From: an uncultured delta proteobacterium | GTDB lineage: Bacteria > Myxococcota_A > Polyangia > Polyangiales > Polyangiaceae | Length of the DNA: 64,000 nt | Assembly: GCA_963806225.1 (NCBI GenBank) | Contig: CAWDXG010000001.1 | Coordinates: 1,248,001-1,312,000, forward strand | Reading direction: 5' to 3' | Part shown: positions 1 to 10,588 of the stretch, in pieces | Layout: each line of letters starts with the position of its first letter | Position numbering within the stretch: position 1 is the stretch's first letter | Program-made: the position numbers and the translations under genes | The notes under the pieces: model-generated | Seen by the model: only the letters and a program-made list of their open reading frames with translations | Told to the model about the DNA's origin: nothing | Databases searched by the model: none

Positions 1-928
1 GTGTCGTATCCTGAAGGGACGCTGAACCCCGCCAATCCCTGCGAAAGCTGTCAGAGCGCCAAGAACGCCGCGGGGTGGTCGCCGCTGGGAGATGGCACGT
101 CGTGCGGCAGCTCGTCCTGTGACAAGTACGGCAGCTGCGGCAGTTTCTCGAGCAGTTGCGACACCAGCGGCATCAAGAGCCGGACCTGTACCGATCATGT
201 GTGCAAGGCCGGAACCTGCACCGCACCGACGCACACCGAGACCGCGGGCTGCACCCGCACCACCGATGGCAACAGCTGCACGGACGACGGCTCGTCGTGC
301 ACGTCTGACCTGTGCAGCGGAGGAGCGTGCACGCATCCCAAGCTGGCCGGCGGCACGAGCTGCGGTAGCGCGAAGATCTGCGACGGAAACGCTGGCTGCG
401 TCACAGGCTGCTGGATCTCCGGAACCCTGTACTCGAGCGGCGCTACCAAGCCGGGGAACACGTGCCAGTCGTGCCAGCCCGCCTCGTCGACCTCGGCATG
501 GACGAACGTGACGAGCGGGACCAGCGAGACGATCTGCGCGAGTACGACTTGCGGCAAGTATGGCAGCTGCGGTGGATTCGTGAGCGTGTGCGACGAGAAC
601 GGCACCCACAGCCGGAGCTGCACCGACTACACGTGCAACGCCGGCGTCTGCGCCGGCAAGGATCGTACGGACACCGGGAACTGCACGCGCAACACCGACG
701 GGGCGACGTGCGCGTCGGATAACAACTCCTGCACACTCGACGAGTGCCACGCCGGCGTCTGTGCGCATCCCAACGCGCCGGACGGGACGAAGTGCGGGGC
801 GGCGATCGGTTGCAACAACCGGACTTGCAAGGCCGGCACCTGTTTCGACACGACGTTCCTGCCCGTCGGGCGACTCGTGCTGCCCGGATGGAACCTGCGT
901 CTCCAGCGCCGGCATCTGCAAGCTCTGA
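1..928 (+). CDS. Cys-rich repeat extracellular protein, 5'-truncated by the window edge; frameshift near 857
   Basis: Repeated module (NPCESCQ...W...GTSC...SRTCTD..C..G.C) occurs twice. A shifted frame continues the Cys pattern (SCPSGDSCCPDGTCVSSAGICKL) to TGA at 926-928. Confidence 0.75.
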
Positions 929-957
929 CGCACTCTGCTCCGGGCCCGTGACGCCGC

Positions 958-1491
958 TTGCGGCCGACAACGCGGAATGACACGCTGCGGCGCGTGGACA
1001 GGCGACGCTTCATCGGGTGGGTGGCGGCCGGCGCCGTCGCCGGCGGCGTCGGTATCGGGCTCGTCCGCGCGTCCGGCTACCACGTGCCAGCGGACGTGGC
1101 GCGTGGCCTGCAGACGCTGTCGCCCTGGCACTACGTCGTCATCGAGGCATTCGGCGCGCGCGTGCTCGCACCCGAGCACGCCGATGTGGCCGATTTTGCC
1201 GACGGCTTCATGGTCGGTCTGGCTGCGGACGACAGCGACAACCTGCTGCGTTTCGTGGCGTATCTGGAACACATCGCGCCGCTCGCGGCGGGTCATGTCA
1301 GTCGCTTCTCGAGCTTGAGTCCCGTCGAGCAGGACGACGTGCTGCGGTCGCTCGAGCAGAGCAACATCGACCTCCTGCGCGCCGGCTTCCAGGCGCTGGA
1401 GGCGCTGTCCATGATGGCCTACTACAAGCAGCCGGCGAGCTGGAAGGCCATCGGCTACGACGGCCCGGTGGTCGACTGGGGGAAACAGTGA
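958..1491 (+). CDS. Tat-exported gluconate-2-dehydrogenase subunit 3-like partner protein
   Basis: DRRRFI twin-arginine motif plus hydrophobic helix; C-terminal MAYY...W.AIGYDGP typical of small partner subunits; its stop overlaps the GTG of the GMC gene. Confidence 0.75.
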   Translation: MRPTTRNDTLRRVDRRRFIGWVAAGAVAGGVGIGLVRASGYHVPADVARGLQTLSPWHYVVIEAFGARVLAPEHADVADFADGFMVGLAADDSDNLLRFVAYLEHIAPLAAGHVSRFSSLSPVEQDDVLRSLEQSNIDLLRAGFQALEALSMMAYYKQPASWKAIGYDGPVVDWGKQ

Positions 1492-3012
1492 TCGAACGCG
1501 GCCGCGATCAGAAGGGCGACCGGCACATCAAGGCCGATGTCGTGATCGTCGGCACCGGCGCCGGCGGCGGCATGGCGGCGAGCGAGCTTGCGGGTCGCGG
1601 GCTCTCGGTCGTCGCGCTGGAAGAAGGGCCGTACCTCGAGCAGAAGGACATGACCCAGCGCGAGGTGGACATGATGGGCAAGCTCTACCAGGAGCGCGGC
1701 GGACGCGCGACGGCGGACATGGCCATCCGCGTTCTCGGCGGACGCTGCGTCGGCGGTTCCACGGTGCACAACATCAACCTGTGCAAGCGCACGCCGAAGG
1801 CGATCCTGGATACGTGGGCACGCGAGCACCACGTCTCGGGTTGCTCCGAGAAGGAGATGCGCCCCGTGTTCGAGAGCGTGGAGCGCGAGCTGTCGGTCAG
1901 CGAGATCCCCGCCGGTTGGCGCAACGCGAACAACCAGGTGCTCGAGCGCGGCGTCAAGGCGCTGGGCTGGAAGGGCGGGCCGCTCCGGCACAACCGCGTC
2001 GGCTGCCAGCAGAGCGGCTTCTGCGAGCTCGGCTGCCCGTTCAACGCAAAGCAGAACTCGCTGAAGGTGCTCGTTCCCGACGCGCTGGACCACGGCGCGC
2101 AGGTCATCAGCGACGTGCGTGTGTCACGCATCGTGCATGACGGCCACCGCGCCAGTGGCGTGATCGGTGCGGCGCTCGGTGCGGACGGAAGCGTCCGCGG
2201 CCGGCTTGTGGTCGACGCGGACGTGGTCGTCCTGGCCGGCAGCGCCATCGGCAGCGCCATGCTCGGCGTTCAGAGCGGGCTGCCCGATCCGTACGACCGC
2301 CTGGGCAGGAACCTGCACATGCATCCCGGCATTGCCGTGGCGGGGCTGTTCGACGATCACATCGACGGCTGGAAGGGGATCCCGCAGAGCTACGAGTGCA
2401 TGCAGCTGATGGACTACAACATGAACAGCGACCGGCGCGTGTGGATCACGACCGTGTTCGCGCATCCGATCGGCGCTGCGGTGATGCTGCCCGGGTTCGG
2501 GATGGAGCACCGCGAGTGGATGCGCCGCTACCGGAACATCGCCGTCTTGACGGCCATGGTGCACGACGAGACGTTCCGGGCGCGTCGGCGTGCGCGAAGA
2601 CGGTCGCGCGCTGATCGAGTACAAGCTCGTGGACTCGGACGTGCACCAGTTCTCGACGGGCATCCGCGCCTGCGCCCGGCTTCTCTTCGCAGGCGGCGCG
2701 AAGAAGGTGCTGGTGCCGTCCGTGCCGCCGATCGTGCTCGATCACGACAAGCAGATCGACCAGATCCCGATGTCGGCGGCGCGTCCGTTCAACATCCAGA
2801 TGGCGGCCGTGCACCCCATGGGCAGCATGTCGCTCGGCGACGATCCGAAGAAAAGCGTCGTCAAGAGCACGGGCGAGCACCACCAGGTCGAGCGCCTGTT
2901 CGTGCTGGACGGCTCGCTGTTCCCGACCAGCCTCGGAGCCCCGCCGCAGATCTCGATCTACAGCTTCTCGCGTCACCTGTCGAAACACGTGGCCGAGCGG
3001 CTGTCGCGCTGA
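1488..3012 (+). CDS. GMC family FAD oxidoreductase (frameshift near 2580)
   Basis: VIVGTGAGG FAD motif, VGGSTVHN, C..SGFCELGC, LGRNLHMHP; C-terminal AVHPMGS and VLDGSLFPTS in the shifted frame. Confidence 0.9.
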
Positions 3013-3042
3013 TAGCGCGAAGGCTGTGGCGGAACGCCGCCG

Positions 3043-3705
3043 CTAGAACAGCTCCGTCCAGTCGGCGAGGCGGCGCTCCTCGGCGCTGACGACGCCGTCG
3101 CCGGGGCAGAGCTCGAAGAACGTGGTCCGCTCGCGCTCGAAGTCCACGAAGGCGAAGCACGGGTTGTCGTCCCGGTGCAGTGTGCCGGCGTTGATCACGG
3201 TGAGCGCCCCGACGCGACGCACCATGCGCTGGTGGGTGTGCCCGTTGATCACGAAAGCATACCGGCCGTCGTGGATCAGCGCCTGCAGCGTGTCGTTGTT
3301 CTCGAGCGCGTAGCCGCGATCGTCGGGGCGCACGGCGGCCATGTCATGCTCGCCGAGGCCGTGGCAGAGAAGAGCTCTGCCGGACACCGTGTCGAGCTCG
3401 TAGGTCTTGGGCAGCCCGCCCAGGTATTCGCGGTTCGAGGCATGCAGCGCCTCGAGCGGCGTCGCACCGGGCAGTTCGCGCATCGCGCCTTCGAAGAGCC
3501 AGCGCTCGTGGTTGCCGCACACGGTGAGCGCGCCTGCCTCGCGCAAGAGCTCGCAGCAGCGGTCCGGGTTGCCGGTGCCGTCGACGATGTCGCCCACGCA
3601 CAGCACGAGCTCCGGGCCGAGCGACGCCAGGTGGGCCAGCGCCGCCTCGAGCGCTTCCGCTTCGCAATGGACGTCCCCGATGACTCCTACGGTTCTGGTC
3701 GTCAA
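3043..3705 (-). CDS. Calcineurin-like metallophosphoesterase
   Basis: GDVH, GDIVD, GNHE, HG and GHTH metal-binding motifs in the expected order. Confidence 0.9.
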   Translation of the reverse strand: MTTRTVGVIGDVHCEAEALEAALAHLASLGPELVLCVGDIVDGTGNPDRCCELLREAGALTVCGNHERWLFEGAMRELPGATPLEALHASNREYLGGLPKTYELDTVSGRALLCHGLGEHDMAAVRPDDRGYALENNDTLQALIHDGRYAFVINGHTHQRMVRRVGALTVINAGTLHRDDNPCFAFVDFERERTTFFELCPGDGVVSAEERRLADWTELF

Positions 3706-3765
3706 TCTCCGCGCATCATAGCCCGGGAGCGAGCCGGAGCGGGAGGCTCCGGGCGTCGCGTCGCG

Positions 3766-5262
3766 TCACGACGCGGTCGCGGCCTGCAGGAAGTGGGTGC
3801 GCTCGCGCACCGTGGTCCAGCGCCGGAAGGTCTCCAGCGTCTCGGGATCGGCGTCGCGGAGCTTTCCGAACACGTAGTCCTGAATGCCCTTGTGAACCGC
3901 GCAGATGTGGCTCTCGCGCATGCGCCCCTGGATCGAGCCCTGCGTCGTGTAGTTGTGCTCCGGCTTGATTCCGCAATAGGGGTTGTAGGTGCAGTTGATG
4001 CAGTCGGGCTGCGCGTCGAGGTTCGAAGCGACAAGCAGGGCCCGCACGGTTTCATGCGTCACCAGGTCGCGGTAGCGGGCGGTGTCGACGTGGCCGATCT
4101 TGAAGGTGTCGTCGCCGGTTTCGCGCAGCATTCGACCTTCATCGCTGGTGTAGATGCTGCCGTCGTAGTTGAACGCAAGCTGCCCGATGCCGGCGCCGCC
4201 GGGGTTTCTGATGTCGAGGAAGTTCGGGTCGTCGCCGGTGAGGATCTTGGTGAGGAAGATGCTGGCGAATCGCTCCAGCACCTGCGTACCCTTCTGGTTC
4301 AGCTCGATGATGTAGTCCGTCGCCGTCTGGTAGAATTCCATGTACCGGCGGCGCTCGTACTCGATCCGGTCCTGCGTCTTCTCGGCGAAGCCGAACGGGT
4401 CGACGGGCCTCAGGAAGATCGAACGGCAGCCGAGCTCCACGTAGGTGTCGACGATTTCCCTGGGCATGTCGAGCGCCGCGCGCGTCGTCGTGAGCAGCGC
4501 TTCGACGTGATAGAGCACCGGGTCGAGACCCATCTCGACGTAGCGCTCGTTGATCGTCTTTATCCACTTGGCGGCCTCCTGGTAGGAGTTGCCGCCCGCC
4601 AGGACGCGCTGCTTGTTGTGGAGCTTCTCGGGACCGTCGACGCTGGTGCAGATCTGCACCTTGTTGCGGATCAGGAAATCGAGCTTCTCGTCGGTCATCA
4701 ACGAGAGGTTGCTCACCATGGTGAACTCGAGCTCCTTGCCGTACGCGCGGTTCTTCTCGATGGCGTAGTTGATGATGTGCTTGACGACCGGGAAGTTCGC
4801 CAGCGGTTCCCCACCCTGGAACTCGATGGTGGTTCGCGGAGCGGTGCTCTGCAGGATCAGGTCCACGCATTTCTCGGCCGTCTCCGGGGACATGTCCGTG
4901 TCGACGCGGTCCATGTCGGCGCGGCTGGCGTGGCAGTACACGCACGTCTCGTTACAGCGCAGCGTGACGACCATGATGTTGAGGATGGGACCCCAGTTGA
5001 GGTAGCGCCGCTTGTTCTGGACCCTCTCGCGCAGCGCGCCCACGTCGACCTGGTCCGGGAGGAAGTTGTGTTCGCCGAGCTTCTTCGTGAGCTCGGGCGT
5101 CCATGCGCCCGAGTACAGGGCGCGCAGCTGGTCGGGTGTCACGAAGACCCAGTCGCCGAAGTAGCTGGTGAGCAGCACCTGCTCGCCGAGCTGGCGGAAA
5201 CGGAAGGGGACGAGCCGGCCGGGGCTCTTCGGCGTTTCGGGGATCCGGGTCAGAAGCTGCAT
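3766..5262 (-). CDS. hxsB: His-Xaa-Ser system radical SAM maturase HxsB-like (radical SAM + SPASM)
   Basis: N-terminal LVPFRF extension, VVTLRCNETCVYCHAS (CxxxCxxC), EFQGGEPL, YTSDEGRM, and C-terminal CxxCx5C...C cluster motif; 498 aa. Confidence 0.8.
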   Translation of the reverse strand: MQLLTRIPETPKSPGRLVPFRFRQLGEQVLLTSYFGDWVFVTPDQLRALYSGAWTPELTKKLGEHNFLPDQVDVGALRERVQNKRRYLNWGPILNIMVVTLRCNETCVYCHASRADMDRVDTDMSPETAEKCVDLILQSTAPRTTIEFQGGEPLANFPVVKHIINYAIEKNRAYGKELEFTMVSNLSLMTDEKLDFLIRNKVQICTSVDGPEKLHNKQRVLAGGNSYQEAAKWIKTINERYVEMGLDPVLYHVEALLTTTRAALDMPREIVDTYVELGCRSIFLRPVDPFGFAEKTQDRIEYERRRYMEFYQTATDYIIELNQKGTQVLERFASIFLTKILTGDDPNFLDIRNPGGAGIGQLAFNYDGSIYTSDEGRMLRETGDDTFKIGHVDTARYRDLVTHETVRALLVASNLDAQPDCINCTYNPYCGIKPEHNYTTQGSIQGRMRESHICAVHKGIQDYVFGKLRDADPETLETFRRWTTVRERTHFLQAATAS

Positions 5263-5388
5263 GGACTCTCCTCGCGGGCGGACAGGCCGCCGGGTCTCTC
5301 CGGATCATGATGCATGTCAACACGCTGTCGCCAGCCCCGCGGATGGCGCGCCGCGTCAAACTGCCCGGCCGTGCTATATTCGCGGGCG

Positions 5389-6369
5389 ATGTCAGAGGTT
5401 CTGCCCTACGGGATGTTCGACGTGCCGCACAGCGCGGAGAGCGCCCGCCGCTACGCGAAGATGCAGTCCATCTACCACCGCGGCCAGAAGCTCGTGTGGG
5501 ACGGGAACCAGGTGCTCGAGGAGCTGTGGCAGCGCCACGGCGGCAGCGGGCTTGCCGAAGGTCAACGCGAAGCAGCGGGTCGCGTCCTCGGCGCCATCAT
5601 GTGGGGCGAGCTGGCTGCTTGGCGCATCGCCGCCCAGCTTGCCGACGAACTCGAGCCGCTTGAAGCGAAGATGGCGGCGACCAGCCAGGCGCACGACGAA
5701 GCCCGCCACTTCTACGTGATGCACGACTACCTCGTGCGCGCGACGGGCGACTTCCCGCGGCGGATGCCGAAGTGGAGCGAGAAGCTCATCGCCGCCACGC
5801 TCGGAGCGGACACCATGCCGAAGAAGATCATCGGCATGCAGCTGCAGCTCGAGACCACCGCACTCACGATCTTCCACGCGCTGCGCGAATCGAAGCTGTG
5901 TCCGGTGCTGTCGGAGCTGCTCGTCTACTACGAGAAGGACGAGGCGCGCCACGTCGGGCTCGGCACACAGCTCCTGCCCACTTTGATGAAGGGCATGGGC
6001 GTGCGCGAGCGCGTCGAGTTCTCTGCCTTCTCGTTCAAGATCGCGGCCTACTCGATGGCCTCGCTGAAAGGGTCGGAGCGCGATCTGCGCGCGCTCGGTA
6101 TCGATCCCCGTCGTGTCGCCGTGCTCGGGAAGAGCAAGCAGATGATGGTGTTCGACGAGCTGTGGCAGCTCGCCCCCGATGCGAAGAGCGACGCCGGCGA
6201 ACGGCTAGGCATGGTGTTCGACGCCGTGGCCGAGGCGATGTGGCCGGACCGCAACGCGGATCCGTCGCTCGGTGCCCGCGCGCGCCGGGTGCTCAGAACG
6301 CTTTCCACCGGCTACGAGACGACCGAGACGGTGCTCGACCCCGCCGAGAGCCCGGCCGCGGCGGAGTAG
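5389..6369 (+). CDS. Ferritin-like diiron/dimetal-carboxylate protein
   Basis: Two DEARH (ExxH) motifs, each preceded by a conserved Glu (GELAA, QLETT). Confidence 0.8.
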   Translation: MSEVLPYGMFDVPHSAESARRYAKMQSIYHRGQKLVWDGNQVLEELWQRHGGSGLAEGQREAAGRVLGAIMWGELAAWRIAAQLADELEPLEAKMAATSQAHDEARHFYVMHDYLVRATGDFPRRMPKWSEKLIAATLGADTMPKKIIGMQLQLETTALTIFHALRESKLCPVLSELLVYYEKDEARHVGLGTQLLPTLMKGMGVRERVEFSAFSFKIAAYSMASLKGSERDLRALGIDPRRVAVLGKSKQMMVFDELWQLAPDAKSDAGERLGMVFDAVAEAMWPDRNADPSLGARARRVLRTLSTGYETTETVLDPAESPAAAE

Positions 6370-6457
6370 GGCCGCCTCCGCGTTGCCGCGCCTGGCGTCG
6401 CGGCCCGGCCTGTCGCGGCCTGACAAGCGCCGCGTTCTGTACTACCGAACGGCCATC

Positions 6458-7609
6458 ATGCGTTTCGCGGTCGTGTTTCCATTCGTTGTCGTGGGGTTTG
6501 TCGCTTGCACCGCCGGAGTCCAGCCGGTACCCGAAGCCCCGCCGCCCGCCGCGCCGGCAGCGCCGCCCGCCGCGCCGGATGCCGGAGCCGCACCTGTGGT
6601 CGACGCCTCCGTGCCTCCGGCGGACGCAGCGCCCGCCGACGCGGACGCGGCGCCGACCGCCGCACAGGACGCCGGCCCCAGTGCCTGTCCGGACGGCATG
6701 AAGCTCGTCGACGGCGACTTCTGCACGAAGGTCGAACAGCAGTGCACGAAGCACTGGTGGGACGACGTGAACAAGAAGAAGGTCTGCGAGAACTTCAAAA
6801 AGCCGTCCAAGTGCATCGGCAAGAAGGTGCACAAGCGCTTCTGCATCGACACCTACGAGTACCCGGACATCAAAGGTGCTCGGCCCGAGGTGATGAACAA
6901 CTTCTTCCAGGCGCAGGTGAAGTGCGCGGCGCTCGGCAAGCGCATCTGCACCGAGAACGAGTGGACGATGGCCTGCGAAGGTCCGGAGCTGAAGCCGTAT
7001 CCGTACGGCTACACGCGCGACGCGACCAAGTGCAACGGCGACCACACCTACGACTTCCCGAACATGGACAAGGTCCGCAAGCGCGACCCGAAGGAGCTCG
7101 AGCGGCTCTGGCTCGGCGTGCCGAGCGGGACGCAGCCCGAGTGCATCAGCGACTACGGCGTGGCGGACATGCCGGGCAACGCGGACGAGCTTGCGTCGAG
7201 CGAGCACTTCACGGGCTGGGCGAACAAGTACGACAACGTCACCACCGGCGGCCCGTGGTTCCTCGGCGTACGCAACCAGTGCCGGCCGAAGATCTACACG
7301 CACAACGAGGGCTTCTACTACTACTACTTGAGCTTCCGTTGCTGCGCCGAGGCAGACGGCAAGCCCACCGATCCGCGCGCGCCGAAGCAGATCAAGCGCG
7401 GCTGGAAGTTCTCCCATGTGGAACGACTCGCCGGGCTCGACATCGAGCAGGCGAAGAAGGAACAGCCCGCCGACTTCAAGCGCGCCCGGGAGCTGGGCGC
7501 TGCACAGATGAAGAAGCTCGGTGGCAAGCCGGCCGACGAAAAGGACTGGCATCCGAACGAGGGGCGCCACAAGCGCTGGGTGCGCGAGCACCATCGTCCC
7601 AAGCACTGA
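6458..7609 (+). CDS. SUMF1/FGE-sulfatase-domain lipoprotein
   Basis: Lipobox FVAC, Pro/Ala linker, FCIDTYEYP, GKRICTENEWTMAC, DMPGNADE, SFRCC. Confidence 0.85.
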   Translation: MRFAVVFPFVVVGFVACTAGVQPVPEAPPPAAPAAPPAAPDAGAAPVVDASVPPADAAPADADAAPTAAQDAGPSACPDGMKLVDGDFCTKVEQQCTKHWWDDVNKKKVCENFKKPSKCIGKKVHKRFCIDTYEYPDIKGARPEVMNNFFQAQVKCAALGKRICTENEWTMACEGPELKPYPYGYTRDATKCNGDHTYDFPNMDKVRKRDPKELERLWLGVPSGTQPECISDYGVADMPGNADELASSEHFTGWANKYDNVTTGGPWFLGVRNQCRPKIYTHNEGFYYYYLSFRCCAEADGKPTDPRAPKQIKRGWKFSHVERLAGLDIEQAKKEQPADFKRARELGAAQMKKLGGKPADEKDWHPNEGRHKRWVREHHRPKH

Positions 7610-7709
7610 CGTTCCTGACGACAGCAATTGAACGGCGCCGATACGTTCGCCGCCGTTCGCTACTCCGGGTGCGCGTAGCCAGGCTGCGGTCCGTCGCCAC
7701 GATTCCGCT

Positions 7710-7724
7710 TGGCATGGAACGTGC
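7710..7724 (+). promoter_or_regulatory. Putative sigma-54 (-24/-12) promoter
   Basis: TGGCATGGAACGTGC has GG-N10-GC spacing and lies upstream of the CDP-alcohol phosphotransferase; an inverted repeat (GAACGGCG/CGCCGTTC, ~7631-7658) lies further upstream. Confidence 0.5.
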
Positions 7725-7785
7725 GATCGAATCGCCGTCAACCCCTTGCGGGGGACAGGTTGCTGGCTAGGTTTCCGGCGAGGGG

Positions 7786-8559
7786 ATGCGCATCATCCCC
7801 GCAGGACTTGCGTGTGTGATGACTGTCCAATCGATCCCGGGTTACAGCGAAGGCGTTGCCGCAAATCGTGAGTATGCGACGCAACGGTTGCGCGGAACCG
7901 TCTGGGAACACTTCCCGGCGGCGGGTGTGCTGTACCGCGGCGCGCTCGCCTTCGGACAGGCCCTGGGCCGGGCGGGAGTGACGGCCGATGGGCTCACGTA
8001 CACCTCGCTGCTGCTGGCCGCGGCGGCGGGGCTGGCTGCGGCGTTCGGTGCGTTCGCACTGGCGGCCGGGCTTGTCGTAGCCAGCGGCCTCTGCGATCTC
8101 CTCGACGGCGTGGTCGCCCGCGCAACCCACACGGCGAGCACGTACGGCGCGCTGCTGGATTCGGTGATCGACCGGCTTGCCGATGCGCTGCCGCTCCTGG
8201 GGCTCGTCGTGTACTACGCGGACGAGGGCGCGGTCGTGGCCATCCCGGCGCTGGCCATGCTCGGTGGCTTCACCGTGAGCTACGTCCGCGCGCGCGCCGA
8301 GGGGCTGGGCATACGCTTGCCGCCGCTGTTCATGCGCCGCGCCGAGCGGGTCTCGCTCGTCACGGGCAGTCTCTTGCTCGGGCTGGTCGCGCTGCCTTCT
8401 CTGCCGGTGCGCGCGCCGCTGTTGCTGGTCGGCGTCGCGCTGATCGCGCTGCTCGGTTTCGTGGCCGCCGGATGGGCACTGCACATCGCCCGCGTCACGC
8501 TCGGCGGGCGCCGCGCCGGAGTCGCGCCGGCCGCAATCAGGACAGCAAGCGGGCGGTAA
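7786..8559 (+). CDS. CDP-alcohol phosphatidyltransferase (PIP/AIP-synthase-like); start uncertain
   Basis: DLLDGVVAR...G..LDSVIDRLAD family signature; VSYVRARAEGLG and RAER motifs. Confidence 0.88.
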   Translation: MRIIPAGLACVMTVQSIPGYSEGVAANREYATQRLRGTVWEHFPAAGVLYRGALAFGQALGRAGVTADGLTYTSLLLAAAAGLAAAFGAFALAAGLVVASGLCDLLDGVVARATHTASTYGALLDSVIDRLADALPLLGLVVYYADEGAVVAIPALAMLGGFTVSYVRARAEGLGIRLPPLFMRRAERVSLVTGSLLLGLVALPSLPVRAPLLLVGVALIALLGFVAAGWALHIARVTLGGRRAGVAPAAIRTASGR

Positions 8560-8989
8560 TCCCCGCGAGCACGCCAGCCAGCAGGTCGTCCGCCATGATC
8601 CCGAGCCCGGGGGGCTCCATGTGCTCCGCGCGTTTGACCGGGCCGGGTTTGACGATGTCGAAGGCGCGGAACAGAGCCAGCGCCAGCAGCTCCGCGCCGA
8701 TGCCGCGTTTCCTGACCATGCCCATGGCGATCAGCGCGCCGGCGACCTCGTCGATGACGACGCTTTGCGGATCCTTCTCGCCCAGGAGCTCCGCCATCTC
8801 GTCGGAAGTCCAGATGCCGGCGAGCGTGATCGCCGCGATGCTGCCGATGTGGACGAGCGGTCCCATGCGCCTGAGCAGAAGGTGGACCGGAAGCGAACCC
8901 AGCGAGCCGACGGTCCCCGGCGCCACGGGAGAGCTGCCGCAGCCGAACCAGGTCGCAAGCCGTCGCACCCAACGTTCCCGGTTGTCCAT
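8537..8989 (-). CDS. pgpA: Phosphatidylglycerophosphatase A
   Basis: GSSPVAPGTVGS, KDPQSVVIDEVAG, LFRAFDIVKP, GIMADDLLAG. Confidence 0.93.
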   Translation of the reverse strand: MDNRERWVRRLATWFGCGSSPVAPGTVGSLGSLPVHLLLRRMGPLVHIGSIAAITLAGIWTSDEMAELLGEKDPQSVVIDEVAGALIAMGMVRKRGIGAELLALALFRAFDIVKPGPVKRAEHMEPPGLGIMADDLLAGVLAGITARLLS

Positions 8990-9053
8990 GGCCGGCGAGC
9001 CTAGCACGGGATCGAATCGCCTCTTCACGTCGGGGCGCGTGGGACCTGTGCGG

Positions 9054-10445
9054 CTAGAGTCGCGCGGCCACGGCTCGCACACTCTCTTCGACGATTCCCA
9101 GCAGACGTTCGAGATCCGCCATCGGGATGTTCAAGCGGTGGCGTCACGTACACGACGTCGCCCAGGGGGCGCAGATACGCGCCGCGGCGGCGCGCCTCGT
9201 CGTATACCCGCCAGCCCACGCCGGCCGTGTAGCCGCTGCCGAGGTCGTCGGTGGTCTCGACCGTGGGTACCGGGCCGTGGACGGCCAGGCGCGGATCGTC
9301 GCGCAGATCGGCCGCGCCCATGCAGCCCTGCGCGCGGACGCCGCAGCACGATGCGGCTCGTCACCGGGTCCTTTGCGAGCCGCTCGAAACACTCGCGGAT
9401 GACGCGTTCGCGCTCCGGCACGCCTTCGACGACCCGCTCGTCGCGATAGACGGCAAGCACCTCGCGCGCCACTGCGGCACCCAGCGGATTGCCGCAGTAC
9501 GAGTGGCCGTAGAGGAAGGCGCTGCCGCGCCCGCCCGAGAACGCATCCAGCACGCGCTGGCTGGTCACGGTTGCGGCCATCGGCAAGACGCCGCCGGTGA
9601 AGCCCTTGGCCGTGCACAGGATGTCGGGCACCACGCCGGCGAGCTCCGAGCCCCACATCGTCCCGAGCCTGCCGTAGCCGGTGAACACCTCGTCCGCGAT
9701 CGAGGAGCACGCCGTGTCGTCGGCACAGCGTCGAAAGCTGCGCGAGATACGCGGCGGGATACAGCCGCATGCCGGCCGCACCCTGCAGGATCGGCTCGAC
9801 CACCAGCGCGGCGAACTGTCCGCCGTCGGCTTCCAGCATCCGCTCCACTGCGCCGAAGGCGCTGTCCCAGTCGGGCAGGCCCGGCACCGGCACCGGCACG
9901 TGCACTGCGTCGAACACCACGCCGGCGAAGGGCCGACGGAACACCTCGACGCCGCCCAGGCTGGTCGCGCCGATCGTTTCCCCGTGGAATGCGCCCTCCA
10001 GCGCGAGAAAGCGCGTGCGCCGGTGACCCGACTGTGCGTGATACTGCACGCTCATCTTGACGGCGGCCTCGACCGCCGTCGATCCGTCGTCGGAGTAGAA
10101 CACCTGGTCGAGGTCGCCTGGCGCGACGGCGGCGAGCTCCTCGGCCAGCAGCGCGGCGGGCGCGTGGGTGATGCCGGCCAGCGACACGTGACACAGAGCA
10201 CGGGCCTGCGTCTCGAGCGCGGACACGAGCCGCGGCGGGTTGTGTCCGAGCGTGGAGACCCACCACGAGCCGTTGCCATCGATGAGCCGGCTGCCGTCGT
10301 GCAGGATCAGGTACGCTCCCTCGGCGCCGGTCACCACCAGCGGGTCGTGGCGCGCGCGCCACTCGTCCATCGGCGTGTAGGGATGCCAGACGTGCTTCCT
10401 GTCGGCGGCCAGGATGGCGGCCAGGTCCGGGCTTGTGCGGCTCAT
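9054..10445 (-). CDS. bioA: Adenosylmethionine-8-amino-7-oxononanoate aminotransferase (several frameshifts)
   Basis: HVWHPYT, GSWWV, FYSDDGSTAVE, FHGET, IADEVFTGYGR, CTAKGFTGG (PLP Lys), GHSYCGNP and LRPLGDVVYVTPP spread over shifted frames. Confidence 0.92.
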
Positions 10446-10547
10446 CGCCCACGGTCTACACCGTCCGTCGGCGACCCGGGCGCGCGCTCGGCGGGGTGTT
10501 CGCAGGTGGGACGGGCCGCGGGCCTGCCAGGCCCGCGCGCCGAGCCG

Positions 10548-10588
10548 TTGACACGCGCCAATGCGGGCCTATACCCGAACACCAGTTC
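10548..10588 (+). promoter_or_regulatory. Putative sigma-70 promoter with adjacent palindromic operator
   Basis: TTGACA (10548-10553), 16-nt spacer, TATACC (10570-10575), then GAAC-ACCA-GTTC (10577-10588), upstream of the TetR operon. Confidence 0.5.

Noticed and set aside
3766..7609. Sulfatase maturation system (anSME plus FGE)
   Set aside because: The radical SAM looks like HxsB rather than anSME, the SUMF1-domain protein is a myxobacterial lipoprotein type, and no sulfatase is nearby.
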